Assembly (NCBI GenBank): GCA_002245135.1
Contig: NGBS01000643.1
Span: forward strand, 1 to 36,354
Length of the DNA: 36,354 nt
Reading direction: 5' to 3'
Origin: Proteromonas lacertae
Taxonomy: Eukaryota
The notes beneath the pieces are model-generated. The model saw only the letters and a program-made list of their open reading frames with translations. It ran no database searches and was not told where the DNA came from. The position numbers were made by a program, and so were the translations under genes. This document shows positions 23,634 to 31,111 of the stretch, one piece after another. Position 1 is the stretch's first letter. Each line of letters starts with the position of its first letter.

Positions 23634-23654
23634 TATACTATATATATATATATA

Positions 23655-23892
23655 CCCAAATGATCATCATTTTCTTCAATACTTGGAATGGTTAGTTTAT
23701 AATTATCACTAAAGGATGTATTTTCATTATTATTGTTGTTATTATTATTATTATTTTCATTATCACAGTTTTCTTTGATGATTTCATTATTGTTTTCATT
23801 TTTACTGTTTTTAAATATAATGTTCAGATCTTCCAATATATATTCCATGTTATTATGGTTCTTTCTGGCGTGTGGCTTTATAGCATTATATG
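23655..23892 (-). CDS. Retrotransposon ORF segment between elements C and B (second half of a C2H2 finger and Asn-rich linker)
   Basis: YNAIKPHARKNHNNMEYILEDL...EENDDHLG completes the CSGC finger begun in 27139..28653. Confidence 0.85.
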
Positions 23893-24174
23893 ATAATAAT
23901 ATATATTAAGGGCTACAGACCCAAAATGGCTTGACGCTAGACCACGAGGCTTGACGCTGGACCCGAGGCTAAAATAAAAATAGCCGTTTCATTTTTTGAA
24001 TTTTTAAAAATTGGAATTTTTGTATTTTTAAACTGGCGGTTTGTGAATCAAGCTTTTTTGAAATTTGAAGTATGGCGAGTACGGGCCTGTGCTTATGCAC
24101 AGTTTTTTTTATGTTTTTTTTTTTTTTAAGTATCAAAAAAAGCATTTAGAGTCATAATTCAATCATAAAAACAA

Positions 24175-24459
24175 TTAATGAGTTGAATTAATTAATCTAC
24201 TGACGGGTCCTTCTTCTTCAGGTAAATCTTGCTCATCAATTGTTCGCATTTTTGTAACCGTTCTTGTTTTGTAACGTTTTGTGCGACCGTTGGTTGTCAT
24301 GACAGCGTAACTGCGCTTCTTTGGCACTTCATCATCGTCATTGGTTAAATCGATGATGAAATGCGCTATTGAAAAATAAATTGAATGTGTATTTATACAA
24401 GGTTCATTGTTTTCAGTTGTTAATTCAACTGCTTCTTTAGGATTAATGGGTGAAGACAT
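24175..24459 (-). CDS. Element C small protein with SIM-like IIDLT-acidic motif and basic patch; probable 33-nt intron 24366-24398
   Basis: MSSPINPKEA...FIIDLTNDDDEVPKKR. An in-frame GTATAAAT...CAATAG segment resembles host introns. Confidence 0.55.
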   Translation of the reverse strand: MSSPINPKEAVELTTENNEPCINTHSIYFSIAHFIIDLTNDDDEVPKKRSYAVMTTNGRTKRYKTRTVTKMRTIDEQDLPEEEGPVSRLINSTH

Positions 24460-25199
24460 TTTTTCAATAATTTTAAGATTAATTGTAATTTTCAAAATAG
24501 ATTTGAATGAATAGTATAGAATTCCTATATAAAATTTAAATTCTATTTTGAACTAATCATTATAACTAAAAAATAGTTTTTGGCGCGAAAACCAATTAAG
24601 CTAGCTCGCGCTAAATTATTAAAACTCGCTAGTTTTTTTAAATAATTCAAATTTTAGACAGAGAGCGCGCGAAATTTAAAAATTCAAAAATTCAAATTTT
24701 TAAATTTGCCTAAAATGCCGTTTCATCATTTTCAAAAATGACGAAACACAATAATTCTGAAACGGTTCTTCAATTTCATTTCGGACAAGCCAAATAATTA
24801 TTTTCAAAATGAATTTGCAAGCCAATTTCTTATTTTTCAAATTAAATTAAAATTTGATGCACAAACCAACCGTTCAAGTCAAACCTCGTCAAAATAGATT
24901 TGAATTTTCTAAGAAATTTCTTCATATTCTATTTTTGACACAACGTTTGAGAATTATTCTTCAATCGACATTGTACAAAATGAATCGTCACTTATACTTT
25001 ATTTTAGGCAATTATTTAGTCTAGCGGTTTAACCGTTGCTATTCAAATGATGAAAAAGCGTTCGAATCTCAATAGCAAGTTTCTTTTTTTTAAAAAAGTA
25101 AAATAGTCGTTTTACTTTCCCTAAATGATGAGTCGTTTCACTTTCCCTAAAAAAATAGCCGTTTATTATATAATAAAAAATTAATTCGTTACAAATTAT

Positions 25200-25436
25200 T
25201 TAAACTGTGTGCTTTCTTTTATTCACAATGTCTATATATGCCTTTATATCTTCTAATGTCTTGTCATGCTGCAAGCCTTTCTCCATCATATCAGTCATAT
25301 TTGAACGAATGTCTGCGATATCTACCTCATTTGGAATACAATTGTGTGCTTTGAAGTATTTGTACAGTGCCAGAGCGAGCATATAGAGTATAAATACTAA
25401 TACAGAGAGTAAAATTGTCATTATATCGTTCCCCAT
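25200..25436 (-). CDS. Element C small membrane-anchored coiled-coil protein
   Basis: N-terminal TM followed by an amphipathic helix; 78 aa. Confidence 0.55.
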   Translation of the reverse strand: MGNDIMTILLSVLVFILYMLALALYKYFKAHNCIPNEVDIADIRSNMTDMMEKGLQHDKTLEDIKAYIDIVNKRKHTV

Positions 25437-25468
25437 AAGAAAAATTTTAAATCAATTAACAATAAAAA

Positions 25469-26092
25469 TTAAAAAATAATACAATTAGGTCTTATAATGC
25501 TTTTATCTGTTATTGATTTTGGACTTAAACTAGGAACTGAATTAACAGGAGACAAGTCTTCTAAACCACTTAAACTGTTTACATTCGATTTTGTGACCGG
25601 TTTTACGTAATTTACCTCTTCTTTTACCTTAATTTCGTCATCTTTTATATCAATTATCTCTTGTGGAGGTAAAAAATCCTCTTCTTCCTTCTTATGTAAT
25701 GCTAAAATCTGTTCTAACATCATTCTTGTCTTCTTTTGACCTGCAATTCTGTGTTCTTTGTGTTTACTTAAGGCTTGAGCGAAGCTTGAAGCAGTTAGTT
25801 TTGGCGCGTTAAGAGGTACTTTTACTTGTTCAATGATTGGTCCATTAAAACAACCTGTCTTAAACTTTGATTCTATGTAATATTTGTACTCATCTTCGAT
25901 GTATTTCAATATATATCTTATCTCTGAGTATGTAAGTCTTGATTTTGATCCTGAAATTAAATGATATAATTTCGATTTTGTGGGAGCTCTGATTTTACCG
26001 TCTTTTCTGAAGCTTCTGATGATTACTTGTTTGTCTAATTCTGTTAATTTGAATGGAACTGTTCTATGTTTAGGTTTTTTATTATCTTCCAT
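25469..26092 (-). CDS. Element C hypothetical basic protein (207 aa)
   Basis: Intact ATG-initiated ORF with a possible helical DNA-binding N-terminus. No catalytic motif recognised. Confidence 0.65.
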   Translation of the reverse strand: MEDNKKPKHRTVPFKLTELDKQVIIRSFRKDGKIRAPTKSKLYHLISGSKSRLTYSEIRYILKYIEDEYKYYIESKFKTGCFNGPIIEQVKVPLNAPKLTASSFAQALSKHKEHRIAGQKKTRMMLEQILALHKKEEEDFLPPQEIIDIKDDEIKVKEEVNYVKPVTKSNVNSLSGLEDLSPVNSVPSLSPKSITDKSIIRPNCIIF

Positions 26093-26169
26093 AAAATAAA
26101 AATAGTGTCAATATTACTAATATTACCAATATTGACATTATTATTTTTTTGGATTAGAGAGATATAACA

Positions 26170-26547
26170 ATGGTTCAAGAAGAAATACCATTTTGGATCA
26201 AAGTTTTTAATAGCATTAGAGAATTAGCATTAAATGGATATACAGAAATTCATTTCTTATATTATTTAGAAGAGAGCATAGCTAATCTAGCAAAGTTAAA
26301 AGCTATACTAGACAAAGTTAAGCATTATTATACTAATCAGTATGCAACGAAAAAAAGATTGGAAATTATCACATATTTAGATAATATTAGAAAAGATGGT
26401 AATAGATTTAAGAAAGAATTAATTGAGAATAATCAATTATTTATTGATAACAAATTAGATTACGCAGTTAATGGATTACTATCTTTATTATGTGATGCTT
26501 TAGCAGCTAGAGTGAAAATGGATGCAGATATCAAAAAAAAGAAGTAA
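26170..26547 (+). CDS. Element C hypothetical helical protein (125 aa)
   Basis: Intact ORF, divergent from 25469..26092 across 77 bp, ending KKKK. Confidence 0.6.
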   Translation: MVQEEIPFWIKVFNSIRELALNGYTEIHFLYYLEESIANLAKLKAILDKVKHYYTNQYATKKRLEIITYLDNIRKDGNRFKKELIENNQLFIDNKLDYAVNGLLSLLCDALAARVKMDADIKKKK

Positions 26548-27155
26548 GTAAATATGAATTTATCTAATTATGATTAAATAATTATATATTTTAAATACTA
26601 ATACAGAGATTAATTAAAATAAAAAGAAGACTGTGTGTTTTTAAGGGTTTATTTAAAATAACATAAAAAATCCATAACCGATTCTTCTTACCCTTTCTTT
26701 TTTTCACTTCCTTACTTAGGGAAAGTGAAGTCGATCACTTTTCTCTAGGTAAATAAGTGAAAAAAAGAAAGGGAAAGGAAAATCGATTATGAAATCCGCA
26801 TTTCAAAAACTAAATGAGTAAAAGAAAAGGGAAAGTGAAAACAAGGGAAAGTGAAAACGAGTCTTAGGTGGTGTATATGGCCTTCCTAAGGTTTATATCA
26901 GTCTCTATAACATAATTGAACAAATGTTTACAACGGACGGCAGTTACACCGTCAGTTACACGTCAGTTATGTAACTGACATGTAACGGATTCATAACGAC
27001 CGTTAAAACCGTTGTACAAATGAACGGTTATTGAATAAAATGAAAAATTCAAAAAATGAAACGGCTATTTTTATTTTAGCCTCGGGTCCAGCGTCAAGCC
27101 TCGTGGTCTAGCGTCAAGCCATTTTGGGTCTGTAGCCCTTAATATATATTATTAT

Positions 27156-28653
27156 TATATGCTACTTCTTTGCCACATCCAGAACACATATATTTGATGA
27201 ATTTACCATTAATCTTATTCTTTGTAGCTTTTGTGATAGTGACTTGAGAAAAGTTTGACTGAATATTAATATTTTCATTATTATTGTTATTATCGTTATT
27301 AATGTTAATGTTATTATCTTCTTTGAATGTTGTTATTTCGTCTTTAGATGCATCAGATTTATTATTAGTATTGTCATTTCTTACTCTTTTCTTGTATGCT
27401 AATAATGTCACTCCTTTCTGAAATTTTGTGGCATCTTCAACTTCTGTGATGACTAATCCATTTATTTTGTAATATTTTCCATCATTTTCATTTTTAACTA
27501 TTATGAAATAATGACCAGACATACCATTACCATCGTATACAATTAATATTTGTAAGAAGTATTCTCTATTATTATAGCTAATTGGATACGTTACAGCACT
27601 GTTCGTAGATGTTCTATTTATTTCTACAACAAAACTGTCACCACATTTATATAAAGAATTTGTTTTCTTTTTGATCCAATAGTTACATCCATTACAATAA
27701 TTTAATTCGTCTAATTCTGTATTGTAAAATTTAAGATCAACTGCTTTACCTGTATTGATGGTGTTATGGATGAATAACATTTTCTTGTGGTAAACACTTT
27801 TAATTCGACATTCATTACATTCCTCATGGTATTCTAAATTTACTTTACATCTTAATTCATTTTCTTCATCCATATCATACAATAGAGTGTTGAAGACATC
27901 TAATGCATCTCCTTCATTGTTGTGACATATTTTTAAATAATCTTTGATTATTTGGATGTTGTTTTCTTCTACCGCCTTTTTGATCATCTGCATGATCTTT
28001 CCATTATTAAGATTCATATAATACAAAGTTTGAGTAGCTGCAGTAATATAACAGCTATTGTTGGGATAATTCATTCCTTTAAAATATACCTTATTTACTC
28101 CACCCAACAATTTAATTATTCTTATATCATCTTTCAACTCACTATGATAGTTATTCACATTTTCTGTTTCTTTGGCTTCTAAATAATTAATTTCTTTGTC
28201 TACAGTGTATATACCATATTCTGAGGGTTTTAATATATTTTTTGAATCTAATTTCAGACATTTAAATATTAAATCGTCTTCTTGGTTTTCGCCATATATA
28301 CTAATCTTGTAGATATTACTAGTATTATTCATATATATTATAAATTTTCTATTATATAAGATATTTGAAATTAGGTTTTGAAATTTGGAATGTTCTATCT
28401 TCCTCTTAGCATTTGTATCTTCATTTTGGCCTATAGAATCACGTTCTGGTATCGGCAAATCTTTTAAGAAAAATTGACTAAATTCTGTAGGATAATCTGT
28501 ATTATGTGTAATAATTTCGGTGTAAGAATTACTTTTATATTTTGTACTATTGATTTGTAGTATTATATCTAGATAACTTGGTTTGTTTTTTGAATATTTG
28601 CCTGATTGACTTTTAGATTTTAATTTTGAGCTGTGGAATGTGTTACCCAGCAT
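27156..28653 (-). CDS. Retrotransposon ORF N-terminus with USP/peptidase C19-like domain
   Basis: Cys box GMNYPNNSCYITAATQTL, EGDALDVF..LL, CNEC/CNGC, His box IVYDGNGMSGHYFIIVK..YYKING. Ends at YMCSGCGKEVAY where element C interrupts it. Confidence 0.85.
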
Positions 28654-28719
28654 AAGACAATTAAAATCTTATATAAAACAAAGCAAAAAAGTCAAAAATA
28701 AATGACTCTAAAAAAATTC

Positions 28720-28791
28720 AGGCCCTGCCGAGATTTGAACTCGGATTATTGGATTCAAAGTCCAATGTGCTAACCATTACACCACAGAGCC
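28720..28791 (-). tRNA. tRNA-Gln (anticodon TTG)
   Basis: GGCTCTG/CAGGGCC acceptor stem, TGGTGTAATGG A-box, TTGGA-CTTTGAA-TCCAA anticodon arm, GTTCAAATC T-loop, T7 terminator downstream. Confidence 0.97.
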
Positions 28792-28840
28792 AACTGATAT
28801 TTTTAGAATAATTGATCATATAAAGAATCTAAATCTTTAA

Positions 28841-31057
28841 ATGAAGATTTTTAACTCTGTTATAGGTGAAATTGGGGTATTTAATAGTTTTATATAAATT
28901 AATTATAGATTGGGAAGGAAATGGGCAAATAATAGATATGGTGATATGAAAGTAAAAGTAGAAGGTAAAGAAATAACCTGTGTTAAGGCAGTTTTAGCAG
29001 ACGAAAATCAAGTATTCAAAAAATTAATCGAAGATGAGCAATTTGCTGGAACTTTGGAATTATGTGAAGGAACTACATTAGAGGTATTTTTCGAATTAAA
29101 AAAGTATTACAGTGGAGGTTGTATGGATATAAATAATTCTAATGTATGTAAAATACTCTCAATGTGTTTATGTTACAATGAAAAGAGGATTGTAACAATT
29201 TGTGAAGAGTATATAAAGAAGCATTTGAATAAGAAAGTTATTATTGAATTATGTGACATTTTACATTTACTAAAAACAAAAGAATTAAGTGATTTAAGCA
29301 TATTGTGTGACTATTATTTAATAGAGAATGGTTATAACCTATTAAATGAAGGTATAAAAATCTATTATTATAATATAGATCAATCGTTGGTGAAATTGAA
29401 GATAGAAGGTTTAGATTTCATATTATTAAGTCCTAAATTGGTTATTGAAAATGAAACTTGGTTATTCAAACGATTATTGAAATGGTATGAGAATCAAATG
29501 AAAAATATTAAGGAAGACAGTATATATATATAATTATTTTGTATAGATAATAAAGAAGAACTAAAAACAGAATTCTTAAAGTTAGTTTCAAAGTTTATTC
29601 ATTTTGATTCTGTTGATTGGAATAAAATTGAAAATAAATCAATTAAAGAAATTGAAAATATTAATTTTGAAATGACAATTAAAGAAATTAAAGAGAAGAG
29701 AAACTATTATTATATTAATCTTTATAAAATGGATGAAAAGATAAAAGAAATAATTATGAAGTATTTTATAGAGGAAGAGATATTAAATATTGAAGAAAGT
29801 GATATTGAAATAATGAAAGAGAATAATATATATGAAATTATTGATATGTTGTTAGAAAATGATGATATAAAGATAAATATGATTGGATTATTGATTATAC
29901 TTGATTCTAAAGTTGCTTATGAATGTATATAATTAATTATTATTATGGTTTAATGTAGTATCTAATGAAAAGAAATCATCATTATTGTTAAATTTGCTTT
30001 GTGAATATAAAAAACATGAAGATGAAAAAATCATTAAGTGTTTAGTGTTGTTTATTGATTGTGAAGACGATATAAAACTAATAAAGGGTTTGATGAATGA
30101 TAAAATTCTTTTTAAAGTATTGAATTATAATTATTGCTTGTCAAAAGAAAATAAACAGATGATAATTGATTATGTAAATGAATTAGAGTATAATGATGAT
30201 GAATTAGAAAATATGATATACATAGTTTATGATGAGCGATTAAAAGAAGAATTAAAATGTATTTTTTAATTTTTATATAATAGACAAGAAAATCACAAAA
30301 TTTGAATATCCACAATCTGAGTATGAAGTAGTAATAGATGATAATTTTTCTATTAAGCCAAAATTTGCTAGTAGTAAATGTAGATTCTCAATTAATCCTA
30401 TATTACCAAGTGGATTATCGCTAAATGAAGAAACAGGTGAAATATCTGGAAAAATAGAAAATGAGATGGAAAAAAAAAGAATATAAAGTAGAATGTAAGA
30501 ATAAAAAAAGTAAAATGGAAATTAAATTAACGCTGGAATGTATTGTAAAGTTTACAGAAATAAATAAATATGGAAGTTGTGAAATATCTCAAAATGGAAA
30601 ATTAGTTAAAAATACAAGTGATAGTTTTGAACATTGTTATTTGAATTTGAAAATGACAAATGGAGTATATAGAGTAAAATACAAAATTATACGAAATAAT
30701 TGCAGATGTGATGGTAGTATGTATATAGGATTATCAACAACAAACACTTATTCAGGAAATGCATTCTTTAATCAATCAAATACATGTAATATAGGTATTT
30801 ATAGAAATGAAGCTTGTGATTGTTCTTCTTACTGTCATATTGGAAATGTTGCTACAGCAAATCCTGGATTTAAGAACAATGATAACTGTGTTTATGAAAT
30901 AACGGTAGATATGAACAAAAGAGAATTTTGGGTTAGTAAAGATAATTCATCTGCAGTTTTAATTGTGAAGAATCTTCCATCTCCTTTATATTCATATATA
31001 ACAACATGTTGTAAAAGTAATACATATGAAATACTTTCAGCTTCTCATACAGAATAA
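28841..31057 (+). CDS. Multi-exon BTB/POZ-domain protein with an Ig-like (He_PIG-type) segment and a C-terminal SPRY/B30.2-like domain
   Basis: YGDMKVKV..ITCVKAVLA..NQVFKKLI (BTB), LPSGLSLNEETGEISG, ITVDMNKREFWV. Introns at about 29352-29378, 29520-29546, 29925-29958 and 30259-30283. The start is uncertain and there is a frameshift at the A-run near 30470. Confidence 0.7.
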
Positions 31058-31111
31058 CCAAGATAAAATACATCAAAAAAAATAAATATATTTATTATTA
31101 TTATTACTAAA

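Larger units (their letters stand above)
15400..23639. mobile_element. Element B: 8240-bp gene-carrying element with palindromic (hairpin) TIRs, inserted in a (TA)n tract
   Basis: AGTATATAAATGGGACCCTGG ... CCAGGGTCCCATTTATATACT. TIR homology is about 250 bp. Sharp GC increase over the flanks. It splits the retrotransposon ORF. Confidence 0.95.
23893..27155. mobile_element. Element C: 3263-bp TIR element with 6-bp TSD (Polinton/Maverick-like ends, non-autonomous)
   Basis: Perfect 113-bp TIRs (23893-24005 and 27043-27155) beginning ATAATAATATATATTAAGGGCTACAGACC. TSD TATATG (23887-23892 and 27156-27161). Excision restores the host ORF frame. Confidence 0.92.
11365..28719 (-). mobile_element. 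RLE-type non-LTR retrotransposon inserted in tRNA-Gln (about 5.8 kb native length), interrupted by elements B and C
   Basis: Bounded by the duplicated tRNA 3' half. RT, CCHC and PD-(D/E)xK motifs are in canonical order. ORF fragments rejoin in frame when C plus one TSD copy is removed, and when B is removed (with 0 or 6 flanking bases). Confidence 0.9.

Noticed and set aside
23906..27142. Element C read as a piggyBac/Kolobok element with TTAA TSD (TTAA|GGG...CCC|TTAA)
   Set aside because: Inverted symmetry continues 13 bp beyond the TTAA on both sides. The wider boundary gives a direct repeat (TATATG) and restores the interrupted zinc finger in frame.
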